A stretch of 12,047 nt of DNA, taken from the NCBI RefSeq assembly GCF_006345805.1, contig NW_021826749.1, forward strand, positions 1 through 12,047, read 5' to 3'. Both the position numbers and the translations under genes were made by a program. The notes beneath the pieces were generated by a model that saw only the letters and a program-made list of their open reading frames with translations, was not told the DNA's origin and did no database searches. Shown here in pieces: positions 1 to 8,207 of this stretch. This DNA is from Octopus sinensis. Lineage: Eukaryota. Positions within the stretch are counted from its first letter, which is position 1, and every line of letters begins with the position of its first letter.

Positions 1-322
1 TGAAAAAATATTCCGAAGGTTGGATGAGGAGTTTCAGAAAATTCACCCGAGACGACTTTCTTTACACATAACTTTCAAAAACACGAGTAATTTTTTTTAA
101 TGAAATTTTCTATAAACATCTTTCAGAGTGTGCAGATCACGATTAATCGGCGGGGCACACATGTGTAGGAGTGCCACTCAGTAAATACTAGAAGAAAAAA
201 AATGTAATCCATATTTACTTTCATAAGAGGTGTTGCGCGCCTAAATCCGAAACTTCGCTTGTTGTTATTTATTTTTATTTTTCTATTATATTATTTTTCT
301 ATTATTTATATTATTCTTATCT

Positions 323-633
323 GTGGAGGCGCAATGGCCTAGTGGTTAGGGCAGCGGACTCGCGGTCGTAGGATCGCGGTTTCGATTCCCAGACCGGGCG
401 TTGCGAGTGTTTATTGAGCGAAAACACCTAAAGCTCCACGAGGCTCCGGCAGGGGGTGGTGGCGATCCCTGCTGTACTCCTTCGCCACAACTTTCTCTCA
501 CTCTTTCTTCTGTTGGCCTACTCGCTTGGTCAGCGGGGTGGCGTCATTTGAAGGCTAAAACAATGCGAAGCGCATTGTGACCAGCGATGTGTAACAACAT
601 CTGATAGCCTGGTCGGTCACGGTGATCACGGTG
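323..633 (+). mobile_element. Full-length tRNA-derived SINE (family A) with 15-bp TSD
   Basis: Pol III A box TGGCCTAGTGG (335-345) and B-box-like GGTTTCGATTCC (378-389) in a tRNA-like head. The 3' tail is (TCACGGTGA)x2 (617-634). It is flanked by the perfect direct repeat ATATTATTCTTATCT at 308-322 and 634-648. Confidence 0.92.
335..389 (+). promoter_or_regulatory. Internal RNA polymerase III type-2 promoter (A and B boxes) of the SINE
   Basis: TGGCCTAGTGG matches TRGCNNAGYGG; GGTTTCGATTCC resembles GGTTCGANNCC with one extra T; tRNA-like spacing. Confidence 0.8.
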
Positions 634-760
634 ATATTATTCTTATCTATGTATTGTTGTTCTTGTTCTTGCTATTGTTGGGATCCTCCTCCACCACCCT
701 TTTGTATCTTTTATTACTTCTTTCTCATAATGTCGCCCAAGTCTTAGGAAGCATCTGCGG

Positions 761-1065
761 CCCAGGGTGAACGGACTTACTCTAAGCATGTACCTGTAGA
801 TTGGAGAAGAAAGACGAGGGCTCGTACCTTTGGTAGTCAGGGTGAGCTAGGATCTGTTGAGTTCCTCGAGTGGCGCTGGTTCTCCTTTATCAGGAGGATT
901 GCGTCATTCATGCATTCACATAACTTCGCATGTTACGCATACTTTTATCTCGTTTCACCTCCCCGACCCTTCCTCATTCCATCTTTTATGTAAATCCGCA
1001 CAAATCATGAAACGTCTTTGTAATGTCCCCCTCATCTGACGCCCCTGTGGCAAATAAAAATATAA
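761..1065 (+). mobile_element. 5'-truncated L1/Tx1-like LINE: last ORF2 codons plus 3' UTR
   Basis: 761-799 translates PRVNGLTLSMYL*, homologous to MRLNGSTLNMLF of the 2335-3069 copy. The 3' end CCCTCATCTGACGCCCCTGTGGCAAATAAAA is nearly identical to 3905-3934 and is followed by (ATC)n/(ATT)n. Confidence 0.72.
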
Positions 1066-1073
1066 TCATCATC

Positions 1074-1144
<71 letters not shown>

Positions 1145-1169
1145 TATTATTATTATTATCATTATTATT
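1066..1169 (+). repeat. (ATC)n grading into (ATT)n microsatellite
   Basis: Direct reading. Confidence 0.97.
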
Positions 1170-1314
1170 TCTGAGTTCAAATTCAGCCGAGGTTGACTTT
1201 GCTTTTCACCCTTTCGAGGTCAATAGATTAAGTACCAGTCGAGTACTGGGGTCGATGTAATCGACTCGTCCCTCTCCCTTGAAATTTCAGGCATTGTGCC
1301 TCTAGTTGAAAGGG
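1170..1314 (+). mobile_element. 5'-truncated SINE (family B)
   Basis: B-box-like GAGTTCAAATTC, then CCGAGGTTGACTTTGCTTTTCACCCTTTCGAGGTC...AAGTACCAG...GGGGTCGATGTAATCGACT...GGCATTGTGCC. Homologous to 3282-3500, 4158-4298 and 4482-4699. Confidence 0.82.
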
Positions 1315-1316
1315 TT

Positions 1317-1490
1317 GTGGCAAGGATGGCCTGCATGAATGGGTCTACTCTGAACATACGCTTGTATGTTGAGAAGGAGAGAGAGACACCTGTTGAGGTG
1401 CTCCTAAAGGCCGGGGGTAACCAGGACGTGTGGGATCCCTTGGTTGTCCCTGGATAGAACTCCTTCATTTTGAATTTTTGTTGTTAATTG
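1317..1490 (+). mobile_element. L1/Tx1-like LINE fragment (ORF2 end and start of 3' UTR)
   Basis: 1317-1364 translates VARMACMNGSTLNIRL versus VARLMRLNGSTLNMLF at 2715-2762, with clear nucleotide similarity (GTGGCAAG...TGAATGG.TCTACTCTGAA). Confidence 0.75.
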
Positions 1491-1678
1491 TTCTAACTTG
1501 GCCCCATATGCAAGGTCATGTGCTGTTTATCTTGATATGAGATCACCATGTCGCGCACATATGGTTGTGATGCATGTGCCTAGTGTACCCTTCTCAGACG
1601 GGTAGTCATGATGGGTATACTGGGCTTCATATATTTTACCCCAGTGTCACTTTGATGGCATGCACTGCTCTCTCACTC

Positions 1679-1748
<70 letters not shown>

Positions 1749-1776
1749 TATAATAATAATAATAATAATAATAACA

Positions 1777-1778
<2 letters not shown>
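1491..1778 (+). mobile_element. 5'-truncated copy of an (AAT)n-tailed interspersed repeat (family C, probable retroposon)
   Basis: 1491-1678 is the reverse complement of about 1811-1978 with few differences and ends in an (AAT)n tail (1679-1778). Confidence 0.75.
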
Positions 1779-1810
<32 letters not shown>

Positions 1811-2334
1811 GCGCATGACATCAAAGTGACACTGGGATATGAGGCCCAGTGTACCCATCATGATTACCCGTCTGATAAGGGTACACCAAGCACATGCATC
1901 ACAACCATATGTGCAATATTTGGTGATCTCATATCAAGATTAACAGCACATGACCTTGCATATGGGGCCCACTTAGAATTTTCTTCAGGTTGAGAAGCCG
2001 ATCCCGCTCAAAAGGTCCCTGAATAAGGGGTGTATAAGGATGTTGAACGAAACACTCGTTTCCAGAGGTGAATTATTCAAACCCCAAAGAATTCCTCTCA
2101 ACACATGTCTATGATGCTCCCCATTATATAGGTCTTGATCAGCGATGCACATATCATCAGCCACTAATGCTCAATTGGTTTTGGTCAAACAACAGACAAG
2201 CAAATCTGTGGTATGAAGCAGAATATTTGCTGTAGCCCATCTTTTATACGAAGACAAAACAATGTACATGATAGCACTTCCGATCAGTTAAGATCAGAAG
2301 CCATGAGAGCCAGTGCCTGGTATTGCATCAGGGC
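1779..2334 (-). mobile_element. Longer copy of family C repeat in inverted orientation, with (AAT)n tail on the minus strand
   Basis: (ATT)n at 1777-1810, then homology to 1491-1678. The sequence continues without coding capacity to the junction with the LINE at 2335. The right-hand boundary is inferred. Confidence 0.65.
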
Positions 2335-3069
2335 GCCAACAGCCGAACCTGCCCGAGATGGCAGCAGGGGGACGAAACTGTCCTGTATGCAATAATCCAG
2401 TGTCCGTGCATTAGAGAGTTGTGGGATTGTGTGGAGCAGCTGTTGTCGCATGTAAGACGAATTCAGCTGTTTGCTGAGTGTATAGTGAAGATTGACGTAC
2501 CACCTTCCTTAAGCAGAGAAGGAAGGCAGATTTTTTTCTGCTTAGTGGCTGTGATAAAAGAAGCTGTATGGTGACCAATCTGAACGGTTTTAAGACAGGC
2601 AGATTCCTATCTGTTAAAGCTCTCATCAAATTCTTTAAATGTCATTTAAAGAGGAAGGTGAGGGTAGAGAGGGAGGTGCTGCCTTCTAGTGTGTTTATCA
2701 AAAGGTGGTCGACGGTGGCAAGACTGATGAGACTGAATGGATCTACTCTGAATATGCTTTTCTACGCAGAAGGAAAGAAACTGAAAGAGAGCACTTTCTT
2801 ATACTTTGGAGATGGCTGAGCAATCCGGGATTTTTGTGTGGGGTATACCCCGGATTACCCTAAGTGGACTGTCCCGCTAGTGGGGATTCTAGTTATTTAT
2901 TTTCTATAATTTATTTCTTTACATAGTCTGTTATATCCTTTAATGTGGTAGTATCTCCCCTTGACTGATGTTGACCTCCACATGTTTATGTTTTTGTAAT
3001 CGTTTTGTGCTGTAACTCGTCCTTCGATACTGTCCTCCATGTCTTGGGCTCTTGTGGCCAATAAAAGAA
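2335..3069 (+). mobile_element. 5'-truncated L1/Tx1-clade LINE: decayed ORF2 C-terminus (zf-RVT-type CCHC zinc knuckle) plus 3' UTR
   Basis: RTCPRWQQGDETVLYAIIQCPCIRELW is a decayed CPxC-x-ETxxHxxxxCP-x-W motif. It is followed by ...KEAVW, a frameshift near 2570, and ...HLKRKVRVERE...FIKRW...LNGSTL. The UTR is T-rich, with AATAAA at 3060-3065 and then (ATC)n. Confidence 0.88.
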
Positions 3070-3084
3070 ATCATCATCATCGTT

Positions 3085-3131
<47 letters not shown>

Positions 3132-3132
3132 T

Positions 3133-3171
<39 letters not shown>

Positions 3172-3180
3172 GTTATCATT

Positions 3181-3211
<31 letters not shown>

Positions 3212-3223
3212 GCATCATCATCA

Positions 3224-3260
<37 letters not shown>

Positions 3261-3281
3261 TGTTGTTGTTGCTGTTGTTGT
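3070..3281 (+). repeat. Compound microsatellite (CAT)n-(CGT)n-(TGT)n
   Basis: Direct reading; source of the poly-H/I/M/D pseudo-ORFs. Confidence 0.97.
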
Positions 3282-3500
3282 GGGGTGAGCCGGTTGCAAT
3301 CATTAGGTCGTCGGGCAAAATTCTTTGTGGCATTTCTTCCAGTTCTTTAGTTCTGATTTTAAATCTTGCTTTGCATCATCTTCGCCTTTCATTCTTTCGG
3401 GATCGATAAAGTAAACTAATCGACAAAGTAAACTAACAACCAGCCACTTTGATCGATCTAATCGACTATGCTCCTCACTCAAAGTTTATGGCCTGATGTC
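3282..3500 (+). mobile_element. Diverged near-full-length SINE (family B)
   Basis: Aligns with 4482-4699 and 1170-1314 (CGGGCAAAAT...ATTTCTTCC...TTCTGA...GCCTTTCATTCTTTCGGGATCGATAAA...TCGATCTAATCGACT...TGGCCT). Internal 17-bp tandem duplication at 3402-3435. Confidence 0.75.
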
Positions 3501-3936
3501 CGGAGCCCTTTCCCTCTCCACTCTCACTTTTCCGTTTACAAGTTCTATTTGGAAAGAAAAGTGAGTGTGAAGACTGAAAATCTTTTTCCAAAGTGATTTT
3601 GTCAAAAGGTGGGTAACTATAGCAAAAATGGTTAGGGTCCCTGGTACTACTTTAAAAACTGCCTCTGTTGACGGAAGCACAAGAGCTGGGCGAAGGTTTG
3701 TGGATCCTGGTTGTCTGGGTGATCTTGGATTTGTAGGGGTTTCTTTGATTGGCCCCCGTTGGAGGCTTCTCTTGTCTCAGAAGGCCTGCACCAAATATAT
3801 ATCCACATATTTTTTACATACTACGCGTCTTTTCTCCCTCTCTTTTTCTCCTCACTCGATTTTATGTAAACCCTGTCCCACATAAGCTGTGACCTTAATC
3901 TCCACCCTCATCTAACGCCCTGGGGCAAATAAAAGA
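3501..3936 (+). mobile_element. 5'-truncated L1/Tx1-like LINE: ORF2 end plus 3' UTR
   Basis: KFYLERKVSV...DFVKRWVTIAKMVRVPGTTL is homologous to KCHLKRKVRV...VFIKRWSTVARLMRLNGSTL. The 3' end CCCTCATCTAACGCCCTGGGGCAAATAAAAG is followed by (CAT)n. Confidence 0.78.
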
Positions 3937-4103
3937 CATCATCATCATCATCATCATCATCATCACCACCACCACCACTACCACCATCATCATCATCATC
4001 TTCACCATCATCATCATCATCATCATCATCACCATCACCATCACCATCACCATCATCACCACCACCACCACCACCACCACCACCACCATCATCATCATCA
4101 TCG

Positions 4104-4157
<54 letters not shown>
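3937..4157 (+). repeat. Compound (CAT)n/(CAC)n microsatellite
   Basis: Direct reading. Confidence 0.97.
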
Positions 4158-4158
<1 letters not shown>

Positions 4159-4298
4159 TCACAGAGATCAACTTTGCTTTTCACCTTTTCGATCGTCTAT
4201 ACGATAAGTACAAATCAAGTATTGAAGCTCGATGCAATCGACTAACATCATTTTTCTAAAACTGTTGGCCTCACACCAAAATTTGAAACAATCATTAT
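4158..4298 (+). mobile_element. 5'-truncated, diverged SINE (family B)
   Basis: GAGATCAACTTTGCTTTTCACCTTTTCG...TAAGTAC...TCGATGCAATCGACT...TGGCCT matches 1187-1300. Confidence 0.75.
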
Positions 4299-4481
4299 GA
4301 ATGGGGACCTTTCATAATATTTTTTCGTCTCTTGCTTGCTTTCGTTTTTCCCACCATTTACCTAAACCTCCAAATTGTAGTACCACTTCCTTTCTACTCT
4401 CCCCCTACGGTATTTTGAGCTTTGGCGGTTAATAAAGGAATCGCCATTATTGTCGTTATTAATCGAAGCGAAGGGCGAGGG

Positions 4482-4699
4482 GAACGCGGTAGATTGGCAG
4501 AATTGTTAGCACATCGGAGAAAATGCCATCAGGAATTTCTTCCGGCTCTTTACACTCTGAGTTCAAATCCCGCCAAGGTCAACCCGGCCTTCTTCTTTTC
4601 TAAGTAGATATAATACAATACCAGTCAACAACTGGAGTCAGTTTAATTGACTAACCCCTAAACTGCTGGCCTTATGCCAACGAAAAATTTATATTATTA
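4482..4699 (+). mobile_element. Near-full-length SINE (family B)
   Basis: A-box-like TGGCAGAATTGTTAG and B-box-like GAGTTCAAATCCC, with ...AAGGTCAAC...TACCAGTC...ACTGGAGTC...TTGACT...CTGGCCTTATGCC and a short (ATT) tail. Confidence 0.78.
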
Positions 4700-4704
4700 G
4701 TTCT

Positions 4705-4937
4705 TGTTGATGTGGTTTAGCCCCAGGTCAACCAAACAGAGCAGACCCGTGTGGTTATTTGACTTGCTAGAAATAGTAACCAAATTCCTCTCAATCCAAA
4801 ACCTACCACATTGAACAAAGCAAGAAACATTCGTTAATCAAACCCTAGATGTCTGGAATGGAAGGTCACGGCTGAAATACTTTTGATCATGGGTTTACTT
4901 GGTCAGAGCTGACATACTGTTAAACAGCGATAACAAC
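4705..4937. mobile_element. Degenerate MITE-like element with imperfect terminal inverted repeats (family D)
   Basis: The left end GTTTAGCCCCAGGTCAACC...GAGCAGACCCGTG is the imperfect inverse of right ends CATGGGTTTACTTGGTCAGAGCTGAC...TTAAAC (4888-4925) and CATGGTTCTGCCGAGTCAGGGCTGAGCTGGTGTTAAAT (5121-5158). Confidence 0.55.
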
Positions 4938-5049
4938 TTATGTCACGCACACATCTTGGTGGCTTCTGCTCCGTGATCTATCATAGGGCTGCAAGTGAGA
5001 GCTAGAGCAGATCTCACTCGACACACCTCACTGATTTAATACAGAATGA

Positions 5050-5167
5050 ACACACTGGACCGTATAATCTTAGATTTCCCCTCTAAAAGGCGGATGGACA
5101 CGACTAGGATGTCTGCTTATCATGGTTCTGCCGAGTCAGGGCTGAGCTGGTGTTAAATAACAACAAC
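5050..5167. mobile_element. Second right-end copy of family D element
   Basis: 5092-5167 aligns with 4861-4937, and both end in ...TAACAAC. The left boundary is uncertain. Confidence 0.5.
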
Positions 5168-5268
5168 GTTTGCTGAAATACTTGAGTCCATTGATTCTTC
5201 AAAGTCAGTTGCAGGAAAAGCTTGGTCAAGGGACGAAACTCCAAATACTTTACAAAATAGTACTTTAC

Positions 5269-5338
5269 GTATGTATGTATGTATGTATGTATGTATGTAT
5301 GTATGTATGTATGTATGTATGTATGTATGTATGTCTAC

Positions 5339-5377
<39 letters not shown>
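5269..5377. repeat. (TATG)n + (TA)n microsatellite
   Basis: Direct reading. Confidence 0.97.
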
Positions 5378-5380
<3 letters not shown>

Positions 5381-5590
5381 TATATAAAAGGGCTTAGTAA
5401 AATAAATTACTTTGCCGCATACTGAACTCATTAGAAATAGCAGCTAAAAAAACTTTTTTAAAACTATTTCTAATACTTAAAGAATTAGAATACTTTAAGT
5501 ATTAGAAATAGTTTTAAAAAAGCTGCTATTTCTAATGAGTTCAGTATGCGGCAAAGTAATTTATTTTACTAAGCCCTTTTATATAATGTA
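5376..5590. repeat. 215-bp near-perfect palindrome (fold-back)
   Basis: 5376-5445 is the exact reverse complement of 5521-5590 (70 bp). Inner arms 5455-5482 and 5493-5520 are also exact, with a 9-nt bulge and a 10-nt loop AATTAGAATA. Confidence 0.95.
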
Positions 5591-5796
5591 ATAATTTGAA
5601 TTCGCCTTAAATGGTCCCTTTGCATACTGAATACTTGGTGAAATTGATTAATTAATTAATTTTACCCTCAATTGTTGAAAGTATATATATATATATTTAA
5701 AGGGAATAATTAATAAATGTTTCCTTTATGAGGTTTTTCACACCAACTTGATAATTTCTTATAAAGATTTTATCTTATTTTTAAAGTGTTAGTGTG

Positions 5797-5853
5797 TATA
5801 TTACATACATATATATATCTATCATATATATTATATGTATATAAATATATATA

Positions 5854-5891
<38 letters not shown>

Positions 5892-5942
5892 TATATATAT
5901 AGATATATATATATACATATATAAATATATATATATATATAC
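5797..5942. repeat. Imperfect (TA)n microsatellite
   Basis: Direct reading. Confidence 0.95.
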
Positions 5943-6099
5943 ATTTTTAGTACAATATTAATAATAATGTCGTTTTAATGTGTATTAATTAGTATAGAAA
6001 TTTTAGTACAATGTTATAATAATATATTAAAATTTATATTTTATTATAGATAATAGCTTTCATTATTAATTGAATTGCTTAATTCAATTAAGTCTCTTA

Positions 6100-6100
6100 A

Positions 6101-6137
<37 letters not shown>

Positions 6138-6313
6138 CGTGAGTGTGTGTGTGTGTATAAAGATACATATCTGAGTGTGTACACCCCCACTCACTAAACA
6201 CATACATATGTGTATGTATGTATGTATGTATGTATGTATGTATGTATGTATGTATGTATGTATATGTATGAATGTATGTATGTATGTATGTATGAATGTA
6301 TGTATGTATGTAT
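6100..6313. repeat. Compound (TA)n/(TG)n/(TATG)n microsatellites
   Basis: Direct reading. Confidence 0.95.
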
Positions 6314-6421
6314 GCAACTGAACCAGATTTACAAAGCCATACATTTACCTGTTTGCTCTTTAACTACATGCAGGGACACACAAGTTTGCGTACGCGCGCG
6401 CGCAGTATACGTGTACGTGTG

Positions 6422-6510
6422 GTGTGTATATATATATATATATATATTTGTGTGTGTGTTATATAAGTCCGCTTATTATTGATGACGCGCGTTTTCCCGC
6501 GTGTGTGTTT

Positions 6511-6575
<65 letters not shown>
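6422..6575. repeat. (TA)n and long (TG)n microsatellites
   Basis: Direct reading. Confidence 0.95.
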
Positions 6576-6576
<1 letters not shown>

Positions 6577-6579
6577 ATT

Positions 6580-6690
6580 AGTCGGAATGTACGCGGCAAC
6601 TGCGAGCCAACAAAACTTACTCTTCCGCTTTAATGCCAGTCACGTGTTGCCGATGTAATGGCCCCCTAGCCGCGTTTCGCGGGAAGACAT
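6580..6690. promoter_or_regulatory. Candidate cis-regulatory element (CpG-rich unique island with motif cluster)
   Basis: GGAATGT (6584-6590), CTTCCG (6622-6627), E-box GTCACGTG (6639-6646), CTCF-like TGGCCCCCTAGCCG (6659-6672) and E2F-like TTTCGCGG (6675-6682). Motif matches only. Confidence 0.3.
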
Positions 6691-6807
6691 TTGTCTCAAT
6701 CCTTTAAACCTACTTCTCTTACTGGATCTATGATTCATTCACACGAGGCTTACAGGTAACAAACTATACAATCAAACACACACACAAGCATATACTCTGT
6801 CATGAAA

Positions 6808-6883
6808 TCTCTCTCTCGCTCTCTCGCTCTCTCTCTCGCTCTCTCGCTCTCTCTCTCGCTCTCTCCCTCTCTCTCTCTCTCTC
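6808..6883. repeat. (CT)n/(CTCTCG)n microsatellite
   Basis: Direct reading. Confidence 0.95.
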
Positions 6884-7396
6884 ATAATCTCTCATATCTT
6901 ATTCTCAAACACACATACTCTCTCTACAGCTCTTTCTGTGTATTCAACAAACATCTGTCTAATTAACTTTTTACTAGTCCGAAGTTTGTCCTAAACCTCC
7001 ATGCTTGTTTCCAGACTTTTAGTAAGCCCTTGTTTCATACATTCTGAGTAATATAAAGTTTTCGTTTCATAAATCCCAACTTACTCTGGTGTTTGAAAAA
7101 TTGTGGTTACCTTGACACCGATATGCTCTATCACTCGAACGTATAATGATTTCTTATATAAATTTCAAGATGGGAAAGTAAATGCGTTGCTGTGGTGGTC
7201 ATTCCTTTCCAAAGAGAATTAATGACGTATGTACTTCATCGACGAAGAGATGAAACAATCTGACGGACTTTCTGCTCGACAATCTCCTGGTCACTCACTT
7301 TATAATCATAATAATAGTGTCTGATATAAGCGCTTGCCTTCGTAATTAGACAGAAATATATATAACACACATGTACACACGCACGCATTAACGTGC

Positions 7397-7413
7397 TATG
7401 TATGTGTATATAT

Positions 7414-7491
<78 letters not shown>

Positions 7492-7496
7492 TATAT
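7397..7496. repeat. (TA)n microsatellite
   Basis: Direct reading. Confidence 0.97.
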
Positions 7497-7648
7497 GGAG
7501 AAGGAGAGCCTCAGATGTTGAACCAATTGAGGGACCAGCCATCAGAGTGATAGCAGAATAATAGATAACGCAATTAAGAAAATGAAGACTAGGAAAGCCT
7601 CTGGACCATTGGATATCACTGCCGAGATGATTAAAATATCAGGTAGTG
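7497..7648 (+). mobile_element. Internal LINE fragment (probably RTE clade), region just upstream of the reverse transcriptase core
   Basis: Translates (with a frameshift) DVEPIEGPAIRV...IIDNAIKKMKTRKASGPLDITAEMIKISG, matching the non-LTR 'AIKxMKxGKAPGPDGIxAExxK' motif. Confidence 0.78.
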
Positions 7649-8160
7649 ATACGAAGGTAAAAACCTTCACTGAATGGCTTTAACAAAATGCAAACGAATG
7701 GCAAACACAGCCTATTGTAAATAGGAAATGTATGTATGTATCGTTTCTCAGTAACATTCGAAACCCACTTTAGTTATTCATCATTGTTGAGCAATTATCG
7801 CTGGCAAATCCAAGTATGTTGCTCATAGATACATCTTTTGTAAGCGTACACTTGACAGCATCATATAAACCCGGAGACGAACCATTTTCTACTACAATTG
7901 CATCCAGAAGAGCATCCTTGACATTAAGTGATTGTTCATTAAAAAAGCGAACAACTATTGCTAAGATTTGTGTCACTGAATTGTCCGTATTCTCATCTAT
8001 CAATAATGAAAACTTTTGTTTCCTGAGAATTTCCAAGACTTTATTTTGCTCATAATGTGCAATTCCGTCTTGCATAATGTATTTTAATTTTGTTTTTTTC
8101 ATTTGTAGATTTTTAGCTATTTCACTATAGGGAAGGGCCTTTTTACAAATTTCAGCTAAA
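7649..8160 (-). pseudogene. hAT-superfamily transposase relic
   Basis: LAEICKRPFPYSEIAKNLQMKKTK...FSLLIDENTDNSVTQILAIVVRFF...NILGFASDNCSTMM, then after a frameshift SGFRMLLRND...IGCVCHSFAFC*. It contains the first two catalytic Asp motifs (DExTD and xSDN) and CxxH, and is truncated on both sides. Confidence 0.88.
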
Positions 8161-8164
8161 TAGA

Positions 8165-8207
<43 letters not shown>

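Noticed and set aside
323-400. Functional tRNA gene
   Set aside because: The acceptor and anticodon stems pair poorly, there is no terminator after the head, and it continues into a body with a tail and TSD, so it is a SINE head.
2316-2327. CCTGGTATTGCA resembling U2 snRNA stem-loop IV next to a Tx1-like LINE junction (Keno-like U2 targeting)
   Set aside because: Only 12 nt match, no other U2 sequence is present, and it lies inside the family C repeat end.
2940-4171. Poly-His/Ile/Met/Asp/Gly ORFs
   Set aside because: They are translations of (CAT)n-type microsatellites, open in many frames, with no coding signal.
5521-5560. Hammerhead ribozyme (CTAATGAG resembling CUGAUGA)
   Set aside because: The core has a G>A change at a conserved position, and there is no stem II followed by GAAA.
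5153-6633. YI/YVCM/VC-repeat ORFs
   Set aside because: Artefacts of (TA)n, (TATG)n and (TG)n tracts.
7770-8102. Domesticated hAT-derived (ZBED-type) host gene
   Set aside because: A frameshift and a stop lie immediately downstream, and it is truncated by a microsatellite upstream.
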